A stretch of 64,000 nucleotides of DNA, taken from NCBI GenBank assembly GCA_050949565.1, contig JBMNFY010000010.1, positions 224,001 to 288,000 on the forward strand, in the 5' to 3' direction. Below are positions 9,122 to 19,015 of the stretch, one piece after another. Under the pieces are notes generated by a model. It was not told the DNA's origin, did not search any database, and saw only the letters and a program-made list of their open reading frames with translations. How positions within the stretch are numbered: the stretch's first letter is position 1; every line of letters starts with the position of its first letter. Source of the DNA: Kiritimatiellia bacterium. Lineage in GTDB: Bacteria > Verrucomicrobiota > Kiritimatiellia > RFP12 > UBA1067. The position numbers and the translations under genes are program-made.

Positions 9122-11212
9122 ATGAGAAATCTGCTGGGTATCACGTTGGCGTTCGGGACCTTGATCGCGAACGCGGGGGACATCGTACTGTTTGATGCGA
9201 CGAAGACGCCGCTGTCGGCGGTCGCAGCACAGTCGGGCGGGACGTTCGCGCTCACGGACGGGCTGCTCGCGATCGAGACGAAAGGCAACTTGGGTTATCC
9301 GGGTGTGCGTATCGCCGGCGAATGGGATTTGTCGGGCTGCAACCGCGTCACCTTCGAGTTGGAGCACTGCGACGGGAAGGGGGAGTTGCCGCTCACGGTG
9401 CGCTTTGACAATCCGGGGGCTGATCCCGGTAAACACACTGGCGTGCTTGTTGATCGCATCAAAATGCCGCGCAAAGGCGTGCACGCCTGTACGGTCGCAC
9501 TGCCGCCAACGCTGCCATCGGGACGTGCGATCAGCAGCAAGCTGGCCGGTATGCGCGCCACGCCGTTTCAGACGACCGGCGTGGTTGCGGATCTGGACTC
9601 TGCGCACGTGGTCGGCGTGGCCGTCTATATGCGGTTGAACAAGCTGGATTGGAAGTGGGGCGTCCGGCGCATCGTGGCACATACGGGGCCGGTCGCGGAT
9701 GCTCCGGCTTGGATGAAGCTGACGGAGAAAGAGTTTTTCCCCTTCATTGACGTGTACGGTCAGTTTAAGCACAAGACGTGGCCGGGAAAGATCCACTCCG
9801 ACGAGGAGTTGAAGGCGGCGGCGCGGCGTGAAGAGGCGGACTTGGCGGCGCATCCGGGGCCGACGGGCTGGAGTCGCTTCGGCGGCTGGGCGGGCGGGCC
9901 GCGGCGCGAGGCGACCGGACATTTCCGCGTGGAGAAGATCGAGGGCAAGTGGTGGATGGTGGATCCCGAAGGGTATCTGTACTGGTCGCACGGGCCGGTG
10001 CGCGTGACGCCCTCTACGGCGATCACGCCGCTCGATAACCGCGAGTTTTACTTCACGGACCTACCTGCACCGGATTCGCCGTTCGCCAAGTTCTATACCA
10101 CGCGCGATGAGCTACTCTATCCATATTACGTCAAACGCAACATTCAGCGAACGTACGATTTTTCGTCGGCGAACTGTTACCGCAAATATGGTGCGGGCTA
10201 TTACGAAATCTTCGCCGACTTGGCGCACCGCCGGTTGCGGAGCTGGGGAATGAACACCATCGCCAACAGTTCGGACAAGAAAATCTGCCTGATGGATCGC
10301 ACGCCGTATACCGACCGTTTTGAACTGAAGTCGAAGCCGCTCGCCGGCAGCCATGACGGCTGGTGGCCTTTCCGTGATCCGTTCGATCCCTCGTTCCGCG
10401 CCGATGTGCGGCGGCTGATGAACGAACACAAGGCCGAGATGCAAGATCCGTGGTGCTTCGGCTTCTTTGTTGACAACGAGCTAAGCTGGGGCGGCGAGAC
10501 CGATCTGGCGGCATGGACGCTGGAGTCGCCTGCGGATCAGGCGGCCAAGCGCGTCTTCCGCGAGCGCATGCAGAAGGCATACGGCACGATCGACAAGCTC
10601 AACGCGGCATGGGGCACAGCGTATGCGGACTGGGATGCGTTCCTCACTGTCTGCCGACGGCCGGGAGCGGGAGCCACTGCCGATCTCAAGGCGTTCACGC
10701 TGGAGATTGCCGATGCCTACTTCAAGAACATCCGCGAAGAGTTCAAAGCTGCGGCACCGAACAAGCTCTACATGGGGTGCCGCTTTGCCGGACGCGGGCC
10801 GGAGTTTGCAGTGCGTGTGGCGGCTAAGCACTGCGACTTGCTCAGCTACAACATCTACGCGCGCCACCTCAATGACTTCAAGTTGCCGGAGGGCATCGAT
10901 AAACCGGTGATCATCGGCGAGTTCCATTTCGGTGCGCTGGATCGTGGCCTTTTCCACCCCGGTCTGATTAAGCTGGAAAACCAAGAAGAGCGCGGCCGGG
11001 TCTACGTGCAGTATGTCACGTCAGCATTGAAGCATGCGCATGTGGTGGGCGTACACTGGCATCAATTCGGAGATCAGGCTACGACCGGAAGGTTTGACGG
11101 TGAGAATTTCCAGGTCGGGTTTGTTGACTGCTGTAACACGCCCTATCCGGAAACGATCAAAGGCATCCGCGAGGTTGGTTACCGTATGTACGAAATCCGC
11201 GGCGGAAAATGA
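9122..11212 (+). CDS. GH50 (beta-agarase-like) glycoside hydrolase, secreted
   Basis: Signal peptide; WWMVDPEGY, RLRSWGMNT, GFFVDNE, PVIIGEFHFGALDRG, TGRFDGEN motifs. Confidence 0.85.
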   Translation: MRNLLGITLAFGTLIANAGDIVLFDATKTPLSAVAAQSGGTFALTDGLLAIETKGNLGYPGVRIAGEWDLSGCNRVTFELEHCDGKGELPLTVRFDNPGADPGKHTGVLVDRIKMPRKGVHACTVALPPTLPSGRAISSKLAGMRATPFQTTGVVADLDSAHVVGVAVYMRLNKLDWKWGVRRIVAHTGPVADAPAWMKLTEKEFFPFIDVYGQFKHKTWPGKIHSDEELKAAARREEADLAAHPGPTGWSRFGGWAGGPRREATGHFRVEKIEGKWWMVDPEGYLYWSHGPVRVTPSTAITPLDNREFYFTDLPAPDSPFAKFYTTRDELLYPYYVKRNIQRTYDFSSANCYRKYGAGYYEIFADLAHRRLRSWGMNTIANSSDKKICLMDRTPYTDRFELKSKPLAGSHDGWWPFRDPFDPSFRADVRRLMNEHKAEMQDPWCFGFFVDNELSWGGETDLAAWTLESPADQAAKRVFRERMQKAYGTIDKLNAAWGTAYADWDAFLTVCRRPGAGATADLKAFTLEIADAYFKNIREEFKAAAPNKLYMGCRFAGRGPEFAVRVAAKHCDLLSYNIYARHLNDFKLPEGIDKPVIIGEFHFGALDRGLFHPGLIKLENQEERGRVYVQYVTSALKHAHVVGVHWHQFGDQATTGRFDGENFQVGFVDCCNTPYPETIKGIREVGYRMYEIRGGK

Positions 11213-11215
11213 GTT

Positions 11216-11316
11216 GAGACGCTTGCTAAACCCCTCGTGGCATGGGCGTCCCGCCCATGGAACACGGGCAAGATGCCCGTGCCACACCTGCAAGCAAGGG
11301 GTTTTGCAAGAGCCTC
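11216..11316 (+). mobile_element. 101-bp MITE copy 1
   Basis: Degenerate left TIR GAGACGCTTGCTAAAC, right GTTTTGCAAGAGCCTC; flanked by GAGTT on both sides; near-identical to 13507 and 34389 copies. Confidence 0.85.
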
Positions 11317-11403
11317 GAGTTGAGAGGGAGATGCGAAGCGGTCAGCGTCGATCCAGACCGCTTCGCGTCCACACAAAATCGGAATGGATCGAGGAGAATC
11401 ACG

Positions 11404-12180
11404 ATGCGTTTTAAAGACAAAGTTGTACTGGTGACCGGAACGAGCCGCAACACCGGTGTCGGAATCGCTGCGTTGTTCATCCGCGAGGGAGCCCGCGTCT
11501 GCGTGTGCAGTTCCACGCCGGAGAGCACGGCCAAGGGCGCGGCAGAGTTGCGTGCAATGGGGTTGACTGAGTTTAATGAGACGCCGGCCGACATCTCGGA
11601 CACCGAACAGGTCCGCGCCATGTTCCGCGTGATCCAGGAGAAGTTCGGCCGCATTGACATCCTGGTGAACAACGCCTGCAACCAAGGTATCGGGCCGGCG
11701 TTTGAAGAGATGGATCCGGCGTATTTCCTGTCGGTCATCAAGACCAATCTGCTAGGCACCTTTCAGGTGTCGCAGGAGGCGGTCAAGATGATGCTGCGTC
11801 AGGAAAGCCGCGGTGTGATCGTCAACCTAGGCTCCAATGTGTCGATGCGCGCGATTCGCAACCGCACCGCCTACGTGGCCAGCAAGGGTGGTGTGGATGC
11901 GTTGACGCGCTCGATGGCCTTGGACTTGGGGCCCAAAGGCATCCGCGTCAACATGGTGGCACCGGGCTACATCTTCACCGACCGTTGGGAAAAGCTGGAT
12001 GACGATAAGATCAAGCGCCGCCGCTTGAACTGTCCGCTCGGCGTCGAAGCGACAGCCGATGACATCGCGCAGGCGGTGGCCTTTATGGCGTCCGATGCAT
12101 CGCGCAACATTTGCGGCGAGCGCTTGGTGGTGGATGCCGGTTGCAGCGCGCAACACATGCCGGTGGATGTGGATGTGTGA
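11404..12180 (+). CDS. SDR family oxidoreductase
   Basis: VLVTGTSRNTGVG, LVNNA, YVASK, IRVNMVAPG; ORF-track extension to 11242 runs through the MITE. Confidence 0.92.
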   Translation: MRFKDKVVLVTGTSRNTGVGIAALFIREGARVCVCSSTPESTAKGAAELRAMGLTEFNETPADISDTEQVRAMFRVIQEKFGRIDILVNNACNQGIGPAFEEMDPAYFLSVIKTNLLGTFQVSQEAVKMMLRQESRGVIVNLGSNVSMRAIRNRTAYVASKGGVDALTRSMALDLGPKGIRVNMVAPGYIFTDRWEKLDDDKIKRRRLNCPLGVEATADDIAQAVAFMASDASRNICGERLVVDAGCSAQHMPVDVDV

Positions 12181-12238
12181 TCCGTCTGATCTGTCCAATC
12201 CGTCTGATCTGTCCAATCTGTCCGATAATCCCGATAAC
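12180..12238. repeat. Degenerate 9-bp-period tandem repeat
   Basis: TCCGTCTGA TCTGTCCAA TCCGTCTGA TCTGTCCAA TCTGTCCGA. Confidence 0.8.
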
Positions 12239-12246
12239 AAAAAACC

Positions 12247-13506
12247 ATGAAAGTTTCAAAAAGCTACAAGTGGGAGTTGCTGGCGCTGCTGTCGGTTGCC
12301 TTCTTTTTCCATCAGGCAGACCGTGCGTTGTTCAGCGTTATGTTGATCCCGATTCAAAATGAGTTGGGGCTGACCGACGGCCAGATGGGCGCGATCGGCT
12401 CGTGGATGTTCGCGACGCTGGCGGTGATGGTTCCGATAGCCGGATTTATGGGCGATCGGCTGAGCCGCAAGTGGATCATCACGTGCAGCCTGATTTTTTG
12501 GAGCTGCGCGACGGCTCTCACGGGAATGGCTACGGGGGTTGTCGGTCTGATCCTCTTCCGTAGCGTGGCGACGGGCGGTGGCGAGTCTTTTTACGCGCCT
12601 TCCGCCTATGCGCTAATCGCGTCGTACCATAAAAAAACGCGCTCTTTGGCGTTTTCTGTCCATCAGGCTGCGTTGTATGTCGGACTGATGTGTAGCGGCT
12701 ATCTGGCAGGTATGATCGAAGCGGCCTTCGGTTGGCGTATGGTCTTCTATCTGTTCGGCGGTGCCGGTGTTCTTCTCGGCCTTGTTTTCATCTTTCGGTT
12801 GAAGGACGCGCCTGCGGAGTCGCAGCCGGACAAGCCTGCTGCCGTCGATAAGCCGTCGATCTGGGAGTCGATCCGCGTGCTGGTGAAGACGCCTAGCGCG
12901 CTGCTGGCGACGGCCGGATTCTGCGCTGTGGTTTTCGTGAACAACGCCTACGTTTTCTGGGCGCCGACCTTTGTGATGGAAAAGTTCAAGAGTTCCGCGA
13001 CGCCGATGACGCTCACGCAGGCAGCGGGTGGGACGATGCTCTATCATCACTTGGCGGCGTTCGCGGCGATCATGGCGGGCGGGGTTCTGACTGACTGGGC
13101 CGTGTCACGTTATCCGCGTTTTCGCTTGTTGTTGCAGGGCACGGCGTTGTTGCTGGGGGCACCGATGATCTACTGGATCGGCGTGGCGAACGGCGTCACG
13201 GCCACGTGGATCGCGATGGCGGGATACGGGATTTTCCGCGGTCTCTTCGAGGTCAATACCCATGCGTCACTGTTCGACGTGGTGCCGGCGAGATTCCGTT
13301 CAAGCGCAGTCGGGCTGATGACGATGACGGCGTTCTTTTTGGGCACAGTACCGCCCAAAATGATCGGCAAGTTCTGTGACCTGCACGGCAAGGTGGCCGG
13401 CATCCAGCAGGGCTTCACGGTGCTGGCGTTCGCTTACGTTCTGGGTGCAATCGCGATATTCTGTTCGATGTTGTTCACGTTCAACCGTGACCGCGTAGTA
13501 GAGTAG
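12247..13506 (+). CDS. MFS transporter (sugar-acid / Spinster-like)
   Basis: About 12 hydrophobic segments, QADR, GFMGDRLSRK motif A. Confidence 0.92.
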   Translation: MKVSKSYKWELLALLSVAFFFHQADRALFSVMLIPIQNELGLTDGQMGAIGSWMFATLAVMVPIAGFMGDRLSRKWIITCSLIFWSCATALTGMATGVVGLILFRSVATGGGESFYAPSAYALIASYHKKTRSLAFSVHQAALYVGLMCSGYLAGMIEAAFGWRMVFYLFGGAGVLLGLVFIFRLKDAPAESQPDKPAAVDKPSIWESIRVLVKTPSALLATAGFCAVVFVNNAYVFWAPTFVMEKFKSSATPMTLTQAAGGTMLYHHLAAFAAIMAGGVLTDWAVSRYPRFRLLLQGTALLLGAPMIYWIGVANGVTATWIAMAGYGIFRGLFEVNTHASLFDVVPARFRSSAVGLMTMTAFFLGTVPPKMIGKFCDLHGKVAGIQQGFTVLAFAYVLGAIAIFCSMLFTFNRDRVVE

Positions 13507-13607
13507 GAGGCTCTTGCAAAACCCCTTGATTGCAGGTGTGGCACGGGCATCTTGCCCGTGTTTCATGGGCGGGACGCCCATGCCACGAAGGGTTTAGCAA
13601 GAGCTTC
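13507..13607 (-). mobile_element. 101-bp MITE copy 2 (inverted)
   Basis: GAGGCTCTTGCAAAAC...GTTTAGCAAGAGCTTC flanked by GTAG duplication that includes the MFS stop codon. Confidence 0.88.
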
Positions 13608-13622
13608 GTAGGAGAGTGCTTT

Positions 13623-14795
13623 ATGAAAATCACCGGGATTAAAACGTTTGTCTGTCACGCCTATCGAACGAACTGGGTGTTCGTCAAAGTGCTGACCGAC
13701 GAGGCCGGTCTCTACGGGGTCGGTGAGGCCACGCTGGAGTACAAGGAGGCTACCATCGTCTCCGCGTGCCAGGATCTGGAGCGTGACATGCTCGGCAAAG
13801 ATCCGCGCGACATTGAGGCGATCTGGCACAGCAACTACCGCGACGCCTATTGGCGTGGCGGACCAGTGCTGATGAGCGCGATCTCGGCGATCGACATCGC
13901 GCTGTGGGACATTCTTGGCAAGAGCCTGGGCGTGCCGGTCTGGCGGTTGCTGGGCGGGCGTGTGCGCGACAAGGTGCCGTGCTACGCCAACGCCTGGTTC
14001 GCAGGCGCGAAAGAGCCGGAAGAGTTTGCGGCAAAAGCTGCTGAAGCGATCGAGACCGCTGGTTGGAAAGGGCTGAAGTGGGATCCCTTCGGCACCGCCT
14101 ACCGGCAGCTTGAACCACAGGCGTTCCGCAAGGCGATGCGCTGCATCGAAATGGTCTATGAGGCGGTCGACGGCCGCGCGGAAATTTTAATTGAGGGACA
14201 TGGGCGCTTCGATCTGCCGACCGCGCTGCGCATCGCCAATGCGCTGGAGGCGTTCAATATCCTCTGGTTTGAAGAGCCGATCATCCCCGATACAATCGAA
14301 GCGATCGCCGATCTGCGCAGCCGCGTCAAGGTGCCGCTTTCGTTCGGCGAGCGGCTCTACAACACCTGGCAGTTCCGTACGCTGCTGGAGGCGCGTGGTG
14401 CGGATTTCGTGCAGCCGGACGTCTCGCACGCCGGTGGCATCACCGAGTTACGCAAGATCGCGGCGATTGCCGAATCGCATCACATCCCCTTCTGTCCGCA
14501 CAACCCCAGCGGGCCGGTGGCCAACGCCGCCACGCTCCAACTGGCCGCGTCGCAACCCGGCTTCTATCTGCTGGAGACTATGGCCAACGATGTGCCGTGG
14601 CGGCGCGACGTGTGCGACGAAGCGGTCACGTTGCATGATGGCGAGATGCACATCCCGGCGGACCGGCCGGGGATCGGCGTGGACATCAACGAGGCGGCCA
14701 TTGCGAAACATCCCTATCAACCGATCTCGCTCCGCCACTACAAAGGCACCCTGACCGAGATCCGTCCCGCTGACGCAACGGCCTTCTTTAATTGA
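13623..14795 (+). CDS. Galactonate dehydratase-like enzyme (mandelate racemase/enolase superfamily)
   Basis: GVGEATLE, AISAIDIALWDILGK, WFEEP, GERL, QPDVSHAGGITE, PHNP. Confidence 0.88.
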   Translation: MKITGIKTFVCHAYRTNWVFVKVLTDEAGLYGVGEATLEYKEATIVSACQDLERDMLGKDPRDIEAIWHSNYRDAYWRGGPVLMSAISAIDIALWDILGKSLGVPVWRLLGGRVRDKVPCYANAWFAGAKEPEEFAAKAAEAIETAGWKGLKWDPFGTAYRQLEPQAFRKAMRCIEMVYEAVDGRAEILIEGHGRFDLPTALRIANALEAFNILWFEEPIIPDTIEAIADLRSRVKVPLSFGERLYNTWQFRTLLEARGADFVQPDVSHAGGITELRKIAAIAESHHIPFCPHNPSGPVANAATLQLAASQPGFYLLETMANDVPWRRDVCDEAVTLHDGEMHIPADRPGIGVDINEAAIAKHPYQPISLRHYKGTLTEIRPADATAFFN

Positions 14796-14799
14796 GTGC

Positions 14800-15819
14800 A
14801 TGGACGATAGAGACATCCTTCAGCCGGAGACATTGTTGACGCGCGACATGCGGCTCAACGTCAAAGAGGCGGAGGCGGGGCAACCGCTGGCCGCTTATCT
14901 GGCGTCGCGCTTTACGTATCATGACCATGCGGCGTGGTGTCGGCTGATCGACGAAGGGCGTGTCACACTGAACGGAAACCCCGCTGCGATACAACATCCG
15001 CTTGCGGTCGGGGATCGCATCCAGTACGACGCATCCGGCATTCCTGAGCCGCCGGTGGATGACACGTTTGCCGTGGTATGGGAGGACGCTGATCTGCTGG
15101 CCGTGAACAAGTCGGGCAACCTGCCCTGCCATCCGGGCGGACGCTACTTCAACCACACGCTCTGGGCCTTGCTGCAAACACGCTGCGGATACGCGCCTCC
15201 CGTTTTTATCAATCGTCTGGACCGCGAAACCTCGGGCGTGGTGCTGATCGCCAAAAATCGGCGGGCGGCGGCACATCTCTGGCGGCAGTTTGCCGCGCAT
15301 CGGGTGGACAAGCGCTACACCGTTTATGTTGAGGGGCGCTTTCCGGAACGCATCGACGCCGCAGGCTGGTTGCTGCCCGACACAGCTTCGGTGATCCGGA
15401 AGAAGCGACGCTGGATTCCGGCTGTCTCACCTGCCGCAGCGCCAGTTCCAGATGCCGAGTGGTGCGAGACCGCGTTCACGCGCCTTTCGTGCGGTAACGG
15501 AATCAGCCGTGTGACGGCCGAACCGCGCACAGGCCGCCTGCATCAAATCCGGGCGACGTTGTTCTCGTTGGGCTTTCCGGTGACCGGCGACAAGGTGTAC
15601 GGTGTGGACGAGACGGCCTTCCTGCGTTTTTGCACCGACGCCCTCACAGAGGTTGATCACATGCGGCTTCGCATCAAGCGGCAAGCACTGCACGCGGCGT
15701 GGCTCCGCTTCCGTCACCCCGCCAAGCAGAACTGGGTCGAAGTTGAGGCTCCGCTACCGTCGGATATGGCTGCGCTAAACGGGCTGTGTCACTCGCCGAA
15801 GACCTCGACCTCGGTATAG
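14800..15819 (+). CDS. RluA family pseudouridine synthase
   Basis: VNKSGNLPCHP, NRLDRETSG, TGRLHQIR, GDKVYG, QALHA. Confidence 0.93.
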   Translation: MDDRDILQPETLLTRDMRLNVKEAEAGQPLAAYLASRFTYHDHAAWCRLIDEGRVTLNGNPAAIQHPLAVGDRIQYDASGIPEPPVDDTFAVVWEDADLLAVNKSGNLPCHPGGRYFNHTLWALLQTRCGYAPPVFINRLDRETSGVVLIAKNRRAAAHLWRQFAAHRVDKRYTVYVEGRFPERIDAAGWLLPDTASVIRKKRRWIPAVSPAAAPVPDAEWCETAFTRLSCGNGISRVTAEPRTGRLHQIRATLFSLGFPVTGDKVYGVDETAFLRFCTDALTEVDHMRLRIKRQALHAAWLRFRHPAKQNWVEVEAPLPSDMAALNGLCHSPKTSTSV

Positions 15820-16463
15820 TGGTTGTAAGGGTCCGAGGTGTTGCCGTTGCTGGTGATCCGCACATAACGCGCTCGCACGCCGTTGCCGGCGATCCGGCGG
15901 CCGAAGTGGTCTTCGAAATACTCTTTGTCGTTGCCGCGGCCGAGCCCAGCGCTGTTGTCGTAGTCATTGTTAAAAAGCGTGACGACGCCGGTTTTAAAGG
16001 AAGGATCGCTGGAAACCTGTACGACCGTGTCGCGGTAGACGCACTGCTCAGGTCGTTCACGCCAGAGGCATACCGCATGGATCGCGACGTTCGTGCCGAG
16101 GTCAATCTGAATCCAACGTACGCCCGGAGCGAGTTCGAGGTAAGCGGACGGACTATATTGCTTGTCCCCGTCAGTGACCAGCGCGAGGTCGCGAGGTGAC
16201 GCGGTATTGTCGTTGCAACGCACCGCGCATCTGCCGGACAGTAGACGCGTGCCCGCCGGTACGAGTAGGGGCGGGGGCGGTACGTTGTCGCCCCGATACG
16301 CCTCGCGATGCGGCGAGCGCACGTCGATCGGCGTGCCTTCAAAAGTCGGCTTGGGCAGTGTTGGTGCCAGCGCCTTCACCTTCGGCTCTTCACACGTAGC
16401 CGTCGTGGCCAAAACAAGCATGGCGAAGCCCGCTATCGAAAAACTGCGCATAAAGTAAGTCAT
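15789..16463 (-). CDS. Secreted protein with discoidin/F5-8-like domain
   Basis: Signal peptide; LVTDGD, WIQIDLG, ARYVRI, EVEVFG. Confidence 0.75.
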   Translation of the reverse strand: MTYFMRSFSIAGFAMLVLATTATCEEPKVKALAPTLPKPTFEGTPIDVRSPHREAYRGDNVPPPPLLVPAGTRLLSGRCAVRCNDNTASPRDLALVTDGDKQYSPSAYLELAPGVRWIQIDLGTNVAIHAVCLWRERPEQCVYRDTVVQVSSDPSFKTGVVTLFNNDYDNSAGLGRGNDKEYFEDHFGRRIAGNGVRARYVRITSNGNTSDPYNHYTEVEVFGE

Positions 16464-16478
16464 ATTATCGCTCAGTGC

Positions 16479-17687
16479 TTACAGCGCGTACTGCGGGATC
16501 TTCAACGTCTCGCCGTCCTTCATGGCGGACATGTGCGCGTAGATGCCCGAGACCGTCGTGTTCAACGCGCAAGCTACGTCGCAGACCGGCTTCTGTTTGA
16601 GCAGGATGGCGCGGATAAAGTCATCGCTCAGGTAACCGTGCGATCCGCCGTGTCCGCCGGCCGGCACGCCTGGCGGCAGCGGTGGTTTCTCTTGTGCGAC
16701 CTTCGAAATATCCGCCTGACCGGAGTAGCGCGCTTCAAAGCTGCCCTTCTGCCCGTAGACGCGCCCTTTCTCGCCGCCTGCGCCGGGCATGTCCCAGCTT
16801 ACCGCCATGCGCGCCATGCCGCCTTCACTGGTGCGGAACAGCGCGATCTCGGAGGCAAACGGATTGTTGTAGCGGTTCTTCCCCGGCTGGTTGTCGGGCA
16901 GCAGGCTCGGTATGGCCAGGCACGAGACCGAGGTGAAGGAGCCGCCGGTGACGCAGGTGTAGAAACCGTTCGAGTGGGTCGGATAGTACTGCGGCGGCAA
17001 GCCGACGCGCCAGCCGTTGTAGGAGCCGATGTGCTTGTCCATGTAGTGATAGTACTCGCCCTCGGTGTAGATCATCTTACCGAAGCCGCCCGCCTTGTAG
17101 ATCTCGCGCATCGCGTAGCATTGCGGGCGGAAAGCCGTGGTTTCAAACAGCGCGTAGACCAGACCGGTCTTCTTGACCGTCGCCAGCAGTTCGTCCGCCA
17201 GTTCCAGTTGTTCCTCGCCGAAAACCGCCGGCACGGCCGAAGCCACATGCAGCCCGCGCTTCATGCCCTCGATGCAGAGCTTGGCGTGGCTCGGCGCGTC
17301 CGTGGCGATAAAGACCGCCTCGATCTCGCGGTCTTTCGCGTACATCTCCTCGCACGAGGCGTAAGTTTCTTTAGCGCCCGTGACTTTTGCCAACTCCGCG
17401 CAGGCGTCGGGGTTCAGGTCGGTCGCCGCGACGACCTCAACATTCGGGTGGTTCTGGAACCCGAATGACGCGCCGAATTTACAGACCCCGTAGCCCACGA
17501 TACCGACTTTGACCTTGCGGTCGGAAAAGGGCGTCCATGCCGCCGCTTTGACCTTGCCTGCGTTGGTCTCGTCAAAGCCCGCAATCTTCGGCGCTTGGGT
17601 CTGCTGCGCCTGCGCCAGCGTTCTGGCTGTCAGCGCGGCTGCGGCAGTCGTTTGGAAAAAAGTCCGTCTGGATAGGATGTGCGCCAT
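16479..17687 (-). CDS. Tat-exported Gfo/Idh/MocA oxidoreductase (paralog A)
   Basis: SRRTFF Tat motif; KVGIVGYG, EGEYYH, YPTH, GGHGGSH. Confidence 0.9.
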   Translation of the reverse strand: MAHILSRRTFFQTTAAAALTARTLAQAQQTQAPKIAGFDETNAGKVKAAAWTPFSDRKVKVGIVGYGVCKFGASFGFQNHPNVEVVAATDLNPDACAELAKVTGAKETYASCEEMYAKDREIEAVFIATDAPSHAKLCIEGMKRGLHVASAVPAVFGEEQLELADELLATVKKTGLVYALFETTAFRPQCYAMREIYKAGGFGKMIYTEGEYYHYMDKHIGSYNGWRVGLPPQYYPTHSNGFYTCVTGGSFTSVSCLAIPSLLPDNQPGKNRYNNPFASEIALFRTSEGGMARMAVSWDMPGAGGEKGRVYGQKGSFEARYSGQADISKVAQEKPPLPPGVPAGGHGGSHGYLSDDFIRAILLKQKPVCDVACALNTTVSGIYAHMSAMKDGETLKIPQYAL

Positions 17688-17747
17688 GTCTTGTCTCTCC
17701 TTTTGTTCATTGTCGTGCTGGTCAAGCTGTCCTCTTCTTCCGTACGC

Positions 17748-18983
17748 CTATAGTGTGATCTCAGGAATCTTGATCGTTTCACCGCCCCGCATCGCGCTCA
17801 TGTGGGCGTAGACACCGGCGATCGTGGTGTTGAGCGCCGTGACCACATCCACGCAGACCTTGTGCTCCGGCACGAGAATGCCGTGGATGAAGTCGTCTGT
17901 GAGGTAGCCGTGCGAGCCGCCATGTCCGCCGCCGGTCATTCCTTTGGGCAAGGCACGTTTGCTCCACTTCTTCGCGTTCTCCTTCACCTCTTTTGAGAAC
18001 CAGCCGCAGTAGCCGCCCTTCTCGGGAACGAAACACCCCTTCTGTCCCCAGATGCGGCCGTCCTCGCCGCCATAGGATGGCGTGTCCCACGAGACGAGCA
18101 TGCGCGCGGCGGAGCCATCTTCGCACTTGAACATTGCGAACTCGCTGCCGTAGGGGTTGTTGTACTTGTTCTTGTGGTAACGTTTCTTAAGCGAGGGAAT
18201 GCCCGTACAGACCACCTCGGTGAAGCGCTTGTGCGTGACGCAGGTGTAGTAACCATTGGAGTGGGTGGGGTAGTACTGCGGCGGCAATCCGATGCGCCAG
18301 CCGTTGTAGGAGGGCGTGCCCTGTCCGTCCAGAGTGTTGTCGCCGCAGTGGAAGTATTCGCCCTCGGTGTATGTGATCGCGCCGAGCATGCCCGCCTGAT
18401 AGAGCTTGCGCATCTTGAAGCAGGAGTCGCGGAATGCCGAGGTTTCGTTCATTTGATAGAGCTTGCCGCTGCGCTCCACGGCGTCAAGGAGACGCGGGAC
18501 GTATTCGAGTTGCTCTTCGCCGAGGAATGCTGGCACGGCGCTCGCCACATGGAGGCCGTGTTCGAGGGCCATGATGGCGAGCGACACATGGCTCGGCGCG
18601 TCCGTCGCGAGGTACACGGCTTCGAGCTTATCCTCGGCCGCGTGCTTGATCATCTCCTCACAACTCGGATAGGTCTTCTGCGCCTTCACGCGCTCTTGCA
18701 GCAATTTACACTTTGCGGGATCGAGATCCGTGCAGGCGACCACCTCCACGTAGGGGTGGCTCTGAAAACCGAACGCTGAACCGAACGAGCAGACGCCTTC
18801 GCCCGCGATGCCCACGCGCACCTTGCGGTCGGCGTATGGAATCCAGTCGAGACTCTCGTCCGCGCCGCTTTTCGTTTCGTCCAAACCTTGAATCTTCGGC
18901 TTGGACGTTTCGGCTCCCTTCGCTCCGCTCGCCGCAAGAAACGCGGCACTCGTGCCCATGAAAACCCTACGTGAAAAATCCAT
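17748..18983 (-). CDS. Tat-exported Gfo/Idh/MocA oxidoreductase (paralog B)
   Basis: SRRVFM Tat motif; same core motifs, more divergent. Confidence 0.9.
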   Translation of the reverse strand: MDFSRRVFMGTSAAFLAASGAKGAETSKPKIQGLDETKSGADESLDWIPYADRKVRVGIAGEGVCSFGSAFGFQSHPYVEVVACTDLDPAKCKLLQERVKAQKTYPSCEEMIKHAAEDKLEAVYLATDAPSHVSLAIMALEHGLHVASAVPAFLGEEQLEYVPRLLDAVERSGKLYQMNETSAFRDSCFKMRKLYQAGMLGAITYTEGEYFHCGDNTLDGQGTPSYNGWRIGLPPQYYPTHSNGYYTCVTHKRFTEVVCTGIPSLKKRYHKNKYNNPYGSEFAMFKCEDGSAARMLVSWDTPSYGGEDGRIWGQKGCFVPEKGGYCGWFSKEVKENAKKWSKRALPKGMTGGGHGGSHGYLTDDFIHGILVPEHKVCVDVVTALNTTIAGVYAHMSAMRGGETIKIPEITL

Positions 18984-19015
18984 CTCATGCCCCTTTCTTG
19001 TTTGTACAGCGGGAT

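Noticed and set aside
11242-11403. N-terminal extensions of the SDR (from 11242) and dehydratase (from 13530) ORFs
   Set aside because: They are read through MITE sequence; better starts with RBS exist at 11404 and 13623
12180-12238. Short repeats here and at 37294-37455 as CRISPR arrays
   Set aside because: No constant 23-47 bp repeat with unique spacers; no cas genes
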